A stretch of DNA of 64,000 bases, taken from positions 14,713 through 78,712 of the forward strand of contig JAPOXK010000003.1 of assembly GCA_026707145.1 (NCBI GenBank), written 5' to 3'. Made by a program: the position numbers and the translations under genes. Source of the stretch: Chloroflexota bacterium. GTDB lineage: Bacteria; Chloroflexota; Dehalococcoidia; Bin125. The notes beneath the pieces are model-generated. The model was not told where the DNA came from. It did no database searches and worked only from the letters and a program-made list of their open reading frames with translations. Shown here piece after piece: positions 45,767 to 58,075 of the stretch (its first letter is position 1; every line of letters begins with the position of its first letter).

Positions 45767-46246
45767 CTAGTACGAGCCTCCGAGCTTGCGGTGGTCCCAG
45801 GAAAAGACGTTCACCGGATTCACTTTGATGGCGACGCGCTTACTCGCCACCTTGCGCTTTTGCTCGTCCGGGGCGGCGTGCATGGGGTTGCCATCGGCGT
45901 GGTTGGCGGAGGATTCCTTGAGGACGCGGAAAACTGTTTCCGGGTCGTCGATGATCTCCGCCTCGCCTTCGATCACTAAGCCGCGAAGCTCGGCGTACCT
46001 ATCGCCCTTCTCCACCATGCAGGAGATCTTTGGATTACGCTGGAGATTCAAGACCTTCTGCGCCTTGGCGTAGGACGTGAAGTGGATCTTGCCGTCGATG
46101 AGCGTGTACCACATCGCAACTTGGTGCGGATAACCGCTCGGGCCGATCGACGCGACCTCGAGGGAATGACCTGGCTTCGAGCACTCTTGGAGAAATGTTT
46201 CGGCTTCCTCTGGGGTCATCGCGATCTCGTTGCGGCGCTTGGCCAT
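45767..46246 (-). CDS. PPOX-class (pyridoxamine 5'-phosphate oxidase fold) probable F420/FMN-dependent enzyme, paralog 1
   Basis: 159 aa, MAKRRNEIAMTPEEAETFL...GYPHQVAMWY...NLQRNPKISCMVE...SWDHRKLGGSY. Split-barrel flavin-binding family features. Confidence 0.75.
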   Translation of the reverse strand: MAKRRNEIAMTPEEAETFLQECSKPGHSLEVASIGPSGYPHQVAMWYTLIDGKIHFTSYAKAQKVLNLQRNPKISCMVEKGDRYAELRGLVIEGEAEIIDDPETVFRVLKESSANHADGNPMHAAPDEQKRKVASKRVAIKVNPVNVFSWDHRKLGGSY

Positions 46247-46325
46247 GCCCTGCCTCCTCTGGGTGGCTGTAGTGGAATCCGATGAATGCTAGCGAGTTCG
46301 TGATCTGACAGGTACTGGGAACAAG

Positions 46326-46805
46326 TCAGTAGGTGCCCCCGAGCTTGCGGTGATCCCAAGAGTACACGTGCTCTGGATGCACCCGTACGCAGGACCGCTT
46401 GCGCGCCACCGCCATGACCTTCTCCTCGGACGCGCTCCCCATCGGATGGTTCGGGTCCTTGCTCCCGCCGATCACCATCATCAATTCGCGGGAGAGCTCG
46501 GGATCCTCGATGATTTCCGCGCGGCCTTGGATGACTAGACCGCGCACTTGGTCGTAGGCGTCGCCGAGTTCCAGCATGCAGGTGATCTTGGGATTGCGCT
46601 TGAGATTGAGGATCTTCTGCGACTTGCGATAACCGGTGAAGTGCAACAGGCCGTCTTTCAGCATCGCCCACATCGCCACGAGGTGCGGGTAGCCGTTCCG
46701 GTCGATGGAGGCGAACGTCACTGTGACCCCCGCCGCTACCGCCTCTTCCAGGAAGGCGCGTTGCTCCGCCTCCGTCATGGCGATCTCTGCCCGGCGTTTG
46801 GCCAT
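46326..46805 (-). CDS. PPOX-class probable F420/FMN-dependent enzyme, paralog 2
   Basis: 159 aa, MAKRRAEIAMTEAEQRAFL...GYPHLVAMWA...NLKRNPKITCMLE...SWDHRKLGGTY. Same length as paralog 1 and collinear with it. Confidence 0.75.
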   Translation of the reverse strand: MAKRRAEIAMTEAEQRAFLEEAVAAGVTVTFASIDRNGYPHLVAMWAMLKDGLLHFTGYRKSQKILNLKRNPKITCMLELGDAYDQVRGLVIQGRAEIIEDPELSRELMMVIGGSKDPNHPMGSASEEKVMAVARKRSCVRVHPEHVYSWDHRKLGGTY

Positions 46806-46834
46806 CGTGGCACCTCCAGGGGCGCGAGTTCCGC

Positions 46835-46856
46835 CGCCGCGCTCGCCAGCGCGGCG
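46835..46856 (-). terminator. GC-rich stem-loop between fumC and PPOX paralog 2 (no U tract)
   Basis: CGCCGCGCT (46835-46843), CGCC loop, AGCGCGGCG (46848-46856), a 9-bp perfect stem. No T run follows on the minus strand, so its function as a terminator is doubtful. Confidence 0.3.
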
Positions 46857-46871
46857 AAGTGTTACCTGCTT

Positions 46872-48272
46872 CTACGGATGGGTCATCTCTTCCGGACGGA
46901 CCCATTCGTCGAACTGATCGGCAGCAAGCAGCCCGAGTTCGACGGCGGCCTCTTTCAACGTCTTCTGCTCAGCGTAGGCTTTTTTGGCCACCTTGGCCGC
47001 GTTGTCGTAGCCGATATGGGGATTGAGCGCGGTGACCAGCATGAGAGACGAGCGCATGAGCTCGTCGATCCGATCCCTGTTGGCTTCGATGCCGACGACG
47101 CAATTGTCCGCAAAGGAGACAGCGGCATCGCCCAGCAGGCGAATACTTTGCAGGTTGTTATAGGCGATGACGGGCTTGAAGACGTTGAGCTCGAAATGCC
47201 CCGTTGCTCCGCCTACCCCGACCGTCACATCGTTCCCCATGACTTGTGCGCAGACCATCGTCAGCGCTTCGGATTGGGTGGGGTTGACCTTGCCGGGCAT
47301 AATCGAGCTGCCGGGTTCGTTGGCGGGCAGCAGGAGTTCGCCGATTCCCGCTCGGGGACCTGAGCCCAGCAGCCGCACGTCGTTGGCTACCTTCATCAAC
47401 GAGGCGGCTACCGTCTTGAGCTGACCTGCCAGCTCGACCTGCGCGTCATGCGCAGCAAGCGACTCAAACTTGTTGGGTGCGGTGACGAACGGCATGGCCG
47501 TGAGCTGGGAGATCTCCGCGGCCACCCGCTCCGGGTATTCGGGATGCGAGTTCAGCCCTGTCCCCACCGCCGTGCCTCCCAGCGCGAGCTCCGACAGCCG
47601 CGGTAAGGTCGACTCCACGCGCTGGATCCCGTAGCCAACCTGCTGGGCGTAGCCGGAGAACTCTTGTCCCAGGGTGAGCGGCACCGCGTCCATCAGGTGA
47701 GTGCGACCGATCTTCACGATCGAGGCGAAATCCTTCGACTTGGTAGCCAGCGCTGCATGCAGATGTGCGAGCCCAGGAACGAGGTGATTCGCGACTTGCT
47801 CGGCGGTGGCGACGGCCATTGCGCCGGGAAAGACATCGTTGGAGGACTGCGACATGTTCACGTGGTCGTTTGGGTGCACCGGATCCTTCGTTCCCATCGT
47901 GCCGCCAAGTAGCACAATGGCACGGTTCGCGATCACCTCGTTCGCGTTCATGTTGGTTTGGGTGCCCGAGCCGGTCTGCCAGACCACCAATGGGAAGTGA
48001 TCGTCCAGCGTGCCGTCGATCACCTCTTGGGCCGCTTGGCGAATAGCGTGAGCGCGTTTGGCGTCAAGCTTGCCTAGGGCCTCGTTGGCGGAGGCCGAGG
48101 CGTGCTTCACAATTCCAAGGGCTCGGATTAGGGGACGCGGCATGCGCTCGTCGCCGATCTTGAAGTTCTGCAGTGAGCGTTGGGTCTGTGCGCCCCAGTA
48201 ACTGTCGGCTGGGACGTGTATCTCGCCCAGGCTGTCGCTCTCGGTTCGCATGTCGCTCATCGTGTCCTTCAC
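46872..48272 (-). CDS. fumC: Class II fumarate hydratase
   Basis: 466 aa. [20 protein letters not shown], signature [13 protein letters not shown]. Confidence 0.93.
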   Translation of the reverse strand: MKDTMSDMRTESDSLGEIHVPADSYWGAQTQRSLQNFKIGDERMPRPLIRALGIVKHASASANEALGKLDAKRAHAIRQAAQEVIDGTLDDHFPLVVWQTGSGTQTNMNANEVIANRAIVLLGGTMGTKDPVHPNDHVNMSQSSNDVFPGAMAVATAEQVANHLVPGLAHLHAALATKSKDFASIVKIGRTHLMDAVPLTLGQEFSGYAQQVGYGIQRVESTLPRLSELALGGTAVGTGLNSHPEYPERVAAEISQLTAMPFVTAPNKFESLAAHDAQVELAGQLKTVAASLMKVANDVRLLGSGPRAGIGELLLPANEPGSSIMPGKVNPTQSEALTMVCAQVMGNDVTVGVGGATGHFELNVFKPVIAYNNLQSIRLLGDAAVSFADNCVVGIEANRDRIDELMRSSLMLVTALNPHIGYDNAAKVAKKAYAEQKTLKEAAVELGLLAADQFDEWVRPEEMTHP

Positions 48273-48293
48273 AATCCCTTGAGAGCCGCAGGG

Positions 48294-51549
<3,256 letters not shown>

Positions 51550-51605
51550 GCGTGTTCCTCCTCGTCCGCTGCCCTGCGGTGCCGCCAGTCGCGGCTCGCG
51601 TGAGG

Positions 51606-53213
51606 TTAGAGCGGGATGTTCCCGTGCTTTTTCGGCGGCAAGCTCTCCGACTTCCGTGCCAGCATACGCAGCGCTGTGATGACGCGGCGCCGCGTGTCGC
51701 GCGGATCGACGACGTCGTCCACGTAGCCGAGCTGCGCGGCCTGATAGGGATTGGAGAACTCCGCCTCGAATTCCGCGATTAGACGAGCACGGGTGCTGTC
51801 AACGTCGTCTGCCTCGGCGATTGCGCGCCGATGGATCACGTTGACGGCCCCCTCCGCTCCCATCACGGCGATCTCGGCGGTAGGCCAGGCGAGGTTAACA
51901 TCGCTTCCTAAGTACTTGCTGCTCATCACGATGTGAGCGCCGCCGTACGCCTTGCGTAGCGTCACGGATATCTTGGGCACGGTCGCCTCCGCGTAGGCGT
52001 AGAGCAGCTTCGCGCCATGCGTGATGATGCCGCCGTATTCCTGCTGCGTCCCCGGCAGGAATCCGGGGACATCCACCAGCGTCACGAGAGGGATGTTGAA
52101 GCAGTCGCAGAAGCGTACGAAGCGCGCCGCCTTCCGCGAGGCATCGATGTCGAGCACCCCGGCGAGCGCATCCGGCGCATTGCCGACCAAGCCGACAGTG
52201 TGCCCGCCCATTCGTCCGAAGCCGACGGAGATATTGCGCGCCCATTGAGCGTGGACTTCCAAGAACTCGCCGTTGTCCACGATGCCGCGGATCACGTCCC
52301 GCACGTCGTAGGCCTGCATGGAATCGACGGGAACAAGGTTGAGAAAGTCGTCGTTGCGGCGCTCGGGATCGTCGCCGAGATCGAGGTAGGGCGGGTCTTC
52401 CATGTTGGTAGCGGGCAAGTACGAGAGAAGCGTCCGCACGGTCTCGATCGTGGCTTCTTCACCACCGATGACAAAATGGGCGACGCCGCTCTTGCTCGCG
52501 TGGGTCCTTGCTCCGCCGAGGTCCTCGTGCGTGACCTCTTCGCCGCTGACCGCACGGATGACGTCGGGTCCCGTGATGTACATTTGGCCGATGCCGTCGA
52601 CCATGAAGATGAAGTCCATGATTGCCGGGGAGTAAACACCGCCACCGGCGTTCGGACCCATGCTGACACCGATCTGCGGCACGACGCCGGATGCCAGGGT
52701 GTTGCGGAGGAAGAGATCGCCATAGCCCCGCAGCGACGCTACGCCCTCCTGGATCCGCGCGCCACCGCCGTCGTTCAAAGCGATGATGGGCGCGCCGACT
52801 TTCATGGAGAGATCTTGGACTTTGACGACCTTTTCTGCGGCGACCTCAGAGAGCGAACCGCCGAGGACCGTGAAATCTTGCGCGTATGCGAAGGTGAGCC
52901 GGCCGTCGATCTCTCCATGGCCGGTCACCATGGCGTCCCCGGGGTGACGCTGCTTACCGAGCCCGAACCGTGACGTGCGGTGCGTGACAAGCGCGTCTAT
53001 CTCTTCAAACGTGCCGTCGTCGAACAGGATTTCCAAGCGCTCGTGCGCCGTTAGCTTGCCGCGCTCGCGCTGGCGTGCGACCGCTTTCTCGCCTCCACCA
53101 GCACGACTCTCTGCCTTGCGACGCTCGAGTTCCGCGAGCTTCCCCTCAATAGTGCGCGGATCCACACCCGAGTCGTCCGTCGAGGGCTGTATCTCGATCC
53201 CACTCGTGGCCAT
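51606..53213 (-). CDS. Acyl-CoA carboxylase carboxyltransferase (beta) subunit (propionyl-/methylmalonyl-CoA type)
   Basis: From ATG 53213 (MATSGIEIQ...), preceded by AAGGAG. KLTAHERLEILFDDGTFEE, DGGGARIQEG, GPNAGGGVYSPA, PKISVTLRKAYGGA. Substrate specificity cannot be decided from sequence. Confidence 0.88.
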   Translation of the reverse strand: MATSGIEIQPSTDDSGVDPRTIEGKLAELERRKAESRAGGGEKAVARQRERGKLTAHERLEILFDDGTFEEIDALVTHRTSRFGLGKQRHPGDAMVTGHGEIDGRLTFAYAQDFTVLGGSLSEVAAEKVVKVQDLSMKVGAPIIALNDGGGARIQEGVASLRGYGDLFLRNTLASGVVPQIGVSMGPNAGGGVYSPAIMDFIFMVDGIGQMYITGPDVIRAVSGEEVTHEDLGGARTHASKSGVAHFVIGGEEATIETVRTLLSYLPATNMEDPPYLDLGDDPERRNDDFLNLVPVDSMQAYDVRDVIRGIVDNGEFLEVHAQWARNISVGFGRMGGHTVGLVGNAPDALAGVLDIDASRKAARFVRFCDCFNIPLVTLVDVPGFLPGTQQEYGGIITHGAKLLYAYAEATVPKISVTLRKAYGGAHIVMSSKYLGSDVNLAWPTAEIAVMGAEGAVNVIHRRAIAEADDVDSTRARLIAEFEAEFSNPYQAAQLGYVDDVVDPRDTRRRVITALRMLARKSESLPPKKHGNIPL

Positions 53214-53384
53214 GCTACTCGGTACTCCTTGGCCGGACGGGAAGCGAGCCGAAACCATCACCGTGTTGCCCGATGCGAAGCGGGCCCACACCGCCAAGCA
53301 GCCTATCATAAGGCGTTGTAGCGGCTAGAAACTTCGATACTGCTGCGGGACCCGGAGTGTGCGCTGCGCAACGAGCAGTGCGTC

Positions 53385-54077
53385 CTAGCCAGGGGGCTCG
53401 CTCGGCACATCCTCTTCTGCTTCGGAGTCCGTCTCATCGTCTGTTAGCGGCGGGATGATAAGCACCTGTCCGACCCGCAGGTTCTCAATCTCGAACTCGG
53501 TGAGGTTGTTGTGTGCAGCGATCTCGAGGTAGTCGATGCCGAACGCGACCCCAATATCGATCAACGTGTCGCCCGGCTGGATCGTGTACGGTTCCCCCGG
53601 CAAGTCTTCCTCCTCGATAGGCAGCCCGTCCTCCTCGGTGGTCGCCGCGACCCGCTCTGAGGTGACGGGGATTCGCAGGATGTCTCCGACCTGCAAGATG
53701 GAAGGGTCTGCGATGCCGTTTAACCGTTGGATCGCTGCGGTTGTGGTTCCGAACTGCTCGGCGATGGTGGCCAGGGTGTCGCCGGACTGGATCTCATACA
53801 GGACCTCGGTGGTCGGCTCCTGGCTTTCCGCGCCAGTGGCTTCATTCTCGCGGATGATGAAAGGCTCGGGCAGCGTTTCCGGGAAGGGCTCGACGGGGAT
53901 GTCGGTCGTCTCGGGTGCAAGCTCGTTGTCTTGCTCGGTGGCGAAAGGAGCGGGGGCGTCACTACCACAGGCGCTGAGGAGGGCCAGAGAGCCGACGACG
54001 AGGCCGATGAACCCGAACCGCACGCCTTTCCCTTCCGGGCCGCCTGGTTCGAGTGTAGATGGACGCGCGCCGGCCAC
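53385..54077 (-). CDS. Secreted lipoprotein with two LysM domains
   Basis: 230 aa. Signal peptide with lipobox LLSAC. Two LysM repeats (YEIQSGDTLATIAEQFGTTTAAIQRLNG...GDILRIP and YTIQPGDTLIDIGVAFGIDYLEIAAHNN...GQVLIIP). Acidic linkers and tail. Confidence 0.85.
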   Translation of the reverse strand: MAGARPSTLEPGGPEGKGVRFGFIGLVVGSLALLSACGSDAPAPFATEQDNELAPETTDIPVEPFPETLPEPFIIRENEATGAESQEPTTEVLYEIQSGDTLATIAEQFGTTTAAIQRLNGIADPSILQVGDILRIPVTSERVAATTEEDGLPIEEEDLPGEPYTIQPGDTLIDIGVAFGIDYLEIAAHNNLTEFEIENLRVGQVLIIPPLTDDETDSEAEEDVPSEPPG

Positions 54078-54103
54078 TCAACGCGCCTGCCGATGGAAGG
54101 TGC

Positions 54104-55573
54104 TCATGCTGCGGCGTTCAACTCCAGACAGGCTTCGCCGGAGAGCGGCGAGCGACCCTCTTGCGCGATGAGGCAGCGTAACAGCCCGTGCGCTAATGCT
54201 CCCATCTCCGCGAACAGATCCCGCTCGATGCTCATGAAATTGTCGCTCGGAACGTGAATCGTGGCGCCGGTCACAAAGGGGAAGAGCACGGGGATGCCGA
54301 TCGCGTCGAAACTCAGGTGGTCCGACCCGACTTCGGGAGGGAGCGGGTTTGCGCCCCCCCCGCGCGCGAACGACCGTGCGAGTGGGAGCCCCATGGTGGT
54401 GAGCGAGGGTGAGCCAACCAGCATGATCGAATTGCCGGCAGCGGCGACATCCAAGTTCAGCATCGCTCGCACCTGCTTCGTCTCCCCGCGTGTTTCGATT
54501 TGCTGCGTTGCGAAACGGCTCCCGGCCAGCCCCGGGCTCCCGCCGCCGCCTTCCTCAGCTCCGAATGCAGCGAAGCACACGACATCGGCTCCTTCGCTGC
54601 CGTAGTAGGCGCGCGCGAGCTCAATGACCAGCGCCGTGCCACTGGCGTTGTCGTTCGCTCCCGCGACATTAGGCACGGTGTCGTAGTGGCCGCCCACATA
54701 GATCTCGCACCGTCCGCCCGCAGTCCGTGCGAGTACGTTCTGTGATTCGCGCACCTGGCTGCCGCCTTCCACGGTAACGACGGCGTCCACTCGGTCACTG
54801 GACCGCAGGGCGAGGCCGTCTTCACGAGCGATCGCGATCGCGGGGATCGTGGTCTCATTGGAGAGAGCGCCGTCGAAGCGACCCGGTTCGTTGTTGTAGA
54901 TCACGATCGCGGCGGCCCCTGCGACCTGCGCGTTGGCAACCTTGTCTTGAAAGAAGAGCCCCCCGCGCTCCACAAGTACGACTGCCCCGCTCGCGTCGAG
55001 ACCCGCGTAGTCTGCCGTCGCCCCGAGTCCGGGTACCACGATGAGCGGGCCGCTGGCTACTCCTCCCACTGATCCCGCGAGTGGACGCGTGGCGATCGCC
55101 CGTCCGTTCACCGACAAAACCGCGTCACCGAGTTCGCTGATCCGTAGCGGGAAGGGCTGTATCTCTACTTCGTAGCCGAAGGACTGGAACTGTTCCGCGA
55201 TGTACTCTGCTGCCGCCCGTTCAGCAGCGGTCGTTTGGGCACGGGGGCCGATTTCGACGGCAAGGTGCCGTAGCACCCCAAGTGCATGGTCGAAATCAAA
55301 GGGCCGTGGATCACCGACTCCGGCCGCGCGCGTATCTGGATCCGGTTCCGGCGCTGCGGGTCGCTGGGGCGCAAGGGCTGGCGCTGCCGTCGATTCGTCG
55401 TCGTGGGCGGGGTCCTTCGTCAGTTCGGCCCTATCAAGAGCGTCCGTCGCTGTCGCTTGCTCGTCGGCCGCTGTCTGCGAGATGCTGGCGCAGGCGGTCG
55501 ACAGCAGGGCCAGGCTTGCCACCAGCGCGGCTGAAGCTTGCAGCCAGCGGGGTAGGTGTCGGGAAGGGCGCAG
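54104..55573 (-). CDS. M28-family aminopeptidase with PA domain, probable lipoprotein (start codon uncertain)
   Basis: Signal peptide/lipobox RPSRHLPRWLQASAALVASLALLSTAC. PA-domain segment (VVLVERGGLFFQDKVANAQVAGAAAIVIYNN). M28 metal-ligand contexts GGHYDTV, NDNASGTA, FGAEEGG. The only in-frame candidate starts near the signal peptide are CTG 55573 and GTG 55522. Confidence 0.75.
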   Translation of the reverse strand: MRPSRHLPRWLQASAALVASLALLSTACASISQTAADEQATATDALDRAELTKDPAHDDESTAAPALAPQRPAAPEPDPDTRAAGVGDPRPFDFDHALGVLRHLAVEIGPRAQTTAAERAAAEYIAEQFQSFGYEVEIQPFPLRISELGDAVLSVNGRAIATRPLAGSVGGVASGPLIVVPGLGATADYAGLDASGAVVLVERGGLFFQDKVANAQVAGAAAIVIYNNEPGRFDGALSNETTIPAIAIAREDGLALRSSDRVDAVVTVEGGSQVRESQNVLARTAGGRCEIYVGGHYDTVPNVAGANDNASGTALVIELARAYYGSEGADVVCFAAFGAEEGGGGSPGLAGSRFATQQIETRGETKQVRAMLNLDVAAAGNSIMLVGSPSLTTMGLPLARSFARGGGANPLPPEVGSDHLSFDAIGIPVLFPFVTGATIHVPSDNFMSIERDLFAEMGALAHGLLRCLIAQEGRSPLSGEACLELNAAA

Positions 55574-55577
55574 GTAG

Positions 55578-56003
55578 CTAGCGCCGTCGCCGCCAAAAGG
55601 GGCGGCTGGACGATTCGGGATCGTCGTAGGTGATGTACCGGTCTCGCCACCAACCCCCCCGCTGCCTGCGCGCGGGTCGGTGTGGCCTCCGTGCGCTCCA
55701 CGCCACGCCCAGTAAGAAGAGGGCGATGCCCGCCACCACGAGCCCGCGCCAGATACCGTCGAAGCCCCCGAAGACCAGGGACACAAGAACGAGAAGGAAT
55801 CCGGCAAGCATGAGATGTCCGGGGACCAACCGGCGCGTATACGCCGCCAGCGGATTATTCGCCGGTTCGGAGATCGGGAAGTGCGGACGCTGCGGGCGGA
55901 GCGCTCGCAGCAGGCGCCGCGACCTGCGACGACGGCGGTGCCACTCGAAGTCCTCAACCTTGCTGAGGACATCCTCGATCTCACGTTCCAGTCGATCTGG
56001 CAT
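55578..56003 (-). CDS. Hypothetical small membrane protein (acidic N-terminal helix, two TM helices, Arg-rich flanks)
   Basis: MPDRLEREIEDVLSKVEDFEW..., TM segments HLMLAGFLLVLVSLVFGGF and LVVAGIALFLLGVAW. High third-position GC supports this frame over the overlapping M28-frame ORF extension. Alternative ATG at 56024. No family recognised. Confidence 0.55.
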   Translation of the reverse strand: MPDRLEREIEDVLSKVEDFEWHRRRRRSRRLLRALRPQRPHFPISEPANNPLAAYTRRLVPGHLMLAGFLLVLVSLVFGGFDGIWRGLVVAGIALFLLGVAWSARRPHRPARRQRGGWWRDRYITYDDPESSSRPFWRRRR

Positions 56004-57666
56004 CCCGATGCTCTTCCGCCTCATTCAGTGTACTGGCTGCCCCACGAGCCCGGGGCGCGAGCGTCCCCCAGCCACCTCCACCCGGAGTCGCGACGCAGAT
56101 GACGTCGCCCTCTTCGACAGAGACGACGCACTTGCCTGGCAGGAGCCGCCGCCGCCCTGCATGCGCGTGCCAGTTCTGGCCGGGCTTCCCCGGAGCGCCA
56201 CCGGCTAGGCCCCAAGGCGCTGCCGCTCGTCGCTCACTGATGATCGTCACCGTTGCCGGGGCCAAAAATTCCGTGCAGCGCACCAGCCCATCGCCGCCGC
56301 GCTGCATCCCGCGCCCGCCACTGCCCCGTCGCACGCGGTTGCTGCGTACCCGCATTGGATAGGACAATTCCAGCTCTTCGGCGGGCGTGTTGAGCGTGTT
56401 GGTCATGTGGCTTTGCGTCGCCGTGATCCCAGGCCCGCCCGGTCCGCCCCCATGTCCGCCGCCTATCGTTTCGTAATACGCCCAGGAATGCCCCGTGGAC
56501 GGGTCGATGCCCCCAGCCGCCAGGTTGTTCATCGTTCCACTCGACGCGGCGGGGATCCGCGTGGGGAGCGCCTGGGCGAGCGCGCCCCAGATCACATCGA
56601 CGATCCGCTGGCTCGTTTCGACGTTCCCGGCAGCTACCGCGACGGGTGGCTGGGCATTCACCACCGATCCCTCTGGGAGCGTGAACCGGATCCGTCGAAA
56701 GAGGCCGCTATTGGTGGGCGTCTCGGAGGGGAGCAGGCAGCGGAGCACGTAGTACGCCGCAGAGCGGGTGACCGCCGCGACCGCGTTGATGGATGCTGCC
56801 CGCTGCTTTGCGGAGCCGCTGAAGTCCAGATGCCACCCGTCCGGCTCGATCGTTAGCCGGAGCATGATCGAGACGGTGCCCTCGCGTACGCCGTCGCTGT
56901 CGAGGTGATCGTGGAAGGCGTACTCACCGGGCGGGAGGTCGCGCAGCACTTCGCGGGCCAGCCGCTCGCCGTAATTCAGAAGCGCATGTGATGCGCGCTG
57001 GAACGCCTGGAGGCCGGTACGCTCGGCGAGCGCCGCCAGCCGCCGCTCGCCGAGCCGGTGCGCGGCTACCTGGGCAGTCAGATCCCCGCGGCGCTCGTCC
57101 GGTGTGCGCACGTTCCGCAAGATCAACGCCAGCGTCTCTGGTACCAACTCTCCGGCGCGGTACAGCCGGACGGGCGGAATGATCAGCCCTTCCTGAATCA
57201 GCTCGCGGGCCACTGGCATGGAGCCCGGTGCCATCCCCCCGATATCTGCTTGGTGCGCGCGGCTCGCCACAAATCCGATGAGTGTTCGCCGTCGGCTGCT
57301 TCCGAACACGGGAGAGACCATCGTCACGTCCGGCAGATGGGTTCCGCCGAGAAACGGGTCGTTGAGGATCGCGAGGTCGCCGGGCCGGAAAGGCGCCAGC
57401 TCTGTGACGGCCCGCACGGATTCCGGGATCGCGCCAAGATGGACAGGAATGTGTGCTGCCTGCGCGAGCAGGTTCCCCTCGGCATCGAAGACGGCGCAGC
57501 TGTAGTCCCGCCGCTCTTTAATGTTGGGAGAGAGGGCCGTGTGCCGCAGGCTCGCGCCCATCTCTTCGGCGACCGCCGAGACAAGTGAATCAATGATCGA
57601 CAGCCGCGCGGGGTCGAGTGATTCGCTCGCTCGGCGGCGCGTTCTAGCCATGGGCAAGATCCGCAT
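55981..57666 (-). CDS. Hydantoinase B/oxoprolinase-family protein (HyuB-type subunit)
   Basis: 561 aa. DPARLSIIDSLVSAVAEEMG, ERRDYSCAVFD, HLPDVTMVSP, GGGHGG, GGGGWG. Typical of the HyuB/OplB/acetone-carboxylase alpha family. Alternative ATG at 57651. Confidence 0.85.
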   Translation of the reverse strand: MRILPMARTRRRASESLDPARLSIIDSLVSAVAEEMGASLRHTALSPNIKERRDYSCAVFDAEGNLLAQAAHIPVHLGAIPESVRAVTELAPFRPGDLAILNDPFLGGTHLPDVTMVSPVFGSSRRRTLIGFVASRAHQADIGGMAPGSMPVARELIQEGLIIPPVRLYRAGELVPETLALILRNVRTPDERRGDLTAQVAAHRLGERRLAALAERTGLQAFQRASHALLNYGERLAREVLRDLPPGEYAFHDHLDSDGVREGTVSIMLRLTIEPDGWHLDFSGSAKQRAASINAVAAVTRSAAYYVLRCLLPSETPTNSGLFRRIRFTLPEGSVVNAQPPVAVAAGNVETSQRIVDVIWGALAQALPTRIPAASSGTMNNLAAGGIDPSTGHSWAYYETIGGGHGGGPGGPGITATQSHMTNTLNTPAEELELSYPMRVRSNRVRRGSGGRGMQRGGDGLVRCTEFLAPATVTIISERRAAAPWGLAGGAPGKPGQNWHAHAGRRRLLPGKCVVSVEEGDVICVATPGGGGWGTLAPRARGAASTLNEAEEHRDARSTGT

Positions 57667-58075
57667 GGATGCGCGCGATGATCGCCGCCGCGGCAGATGT
57701 CACGTCCATCGTCACGGGATCGAGTTGGAGTTCCAGCGCCGACTGGGCGCTTCCCGAATGGACGTGCAGCGTGCGTACGCCGCGGGCGGCGCGCATCAGC
57801 CGCACGATCTCTTGGCCCGCCGAGGCGTCGCTTGCTCCAAGTGGACCATGCAGCACGACGCTGAAGCCCCCTTTGACGTAGCCGGCCACCAGAAGTTTAG
57901 CCATCATTGCGGCGGTCGACGCGACGGCTGTGGCGTCTGCCGGGGGTGTAATTACCCACTCCGTCGCTAACGTGTCGAACGGCACCTGCACCGTCGGGCC
58001 TGGCAGCTGCTGGGCAACACGCCGGGCGAGTTGATCCGTGGCACCGCTGCTCTCGATCACGACAACGGCTTTCAC
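57644..58075 (-). CDS. Hypothetical 143-aa protein wedged between hyuA and hyuB (P-loop-kinase-like layout without the P-loop lysine)
   Basis: GTG 58075 is preceded by GGGAGG (revcomp of 58081-58086) and overlaps the hyuA stop as GTGA. The 3' end overlaps the hyuB start. The N-terminus VKAVVVIESSGATDQLARRVAQQL sits where P-loop kinases have GxxxxGK[ST]. Confidence 0.55.
   Translation of the reverse strand: MKAVVVIESSGATDQLARRVAQQLPGPTVQVPFDTLATEWVITPPADATAVASTAAMMAKLLVAGYVKGGFSVVLHGPLGASDASAGQEIVRLMRAARGVRTLHVHSGSAQSALELQLDPVTMDVTSAAAAIIARIHADLAHG

Noticed and set aside
55574-55984. M28-frame ORF extension beginning with a GTG that forms a GTGA overlap with the hyuB stop.
   Set aside because: The translation is Arg/Ser/Trp/Cys-rich (MRSRMSSARLRTSSGTAVVAGRGACCERS...). 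The alternative frame encodes a clean 2-TM protein with GC-rich third positions. The M28 signal peptide would be internal if the extension were used.
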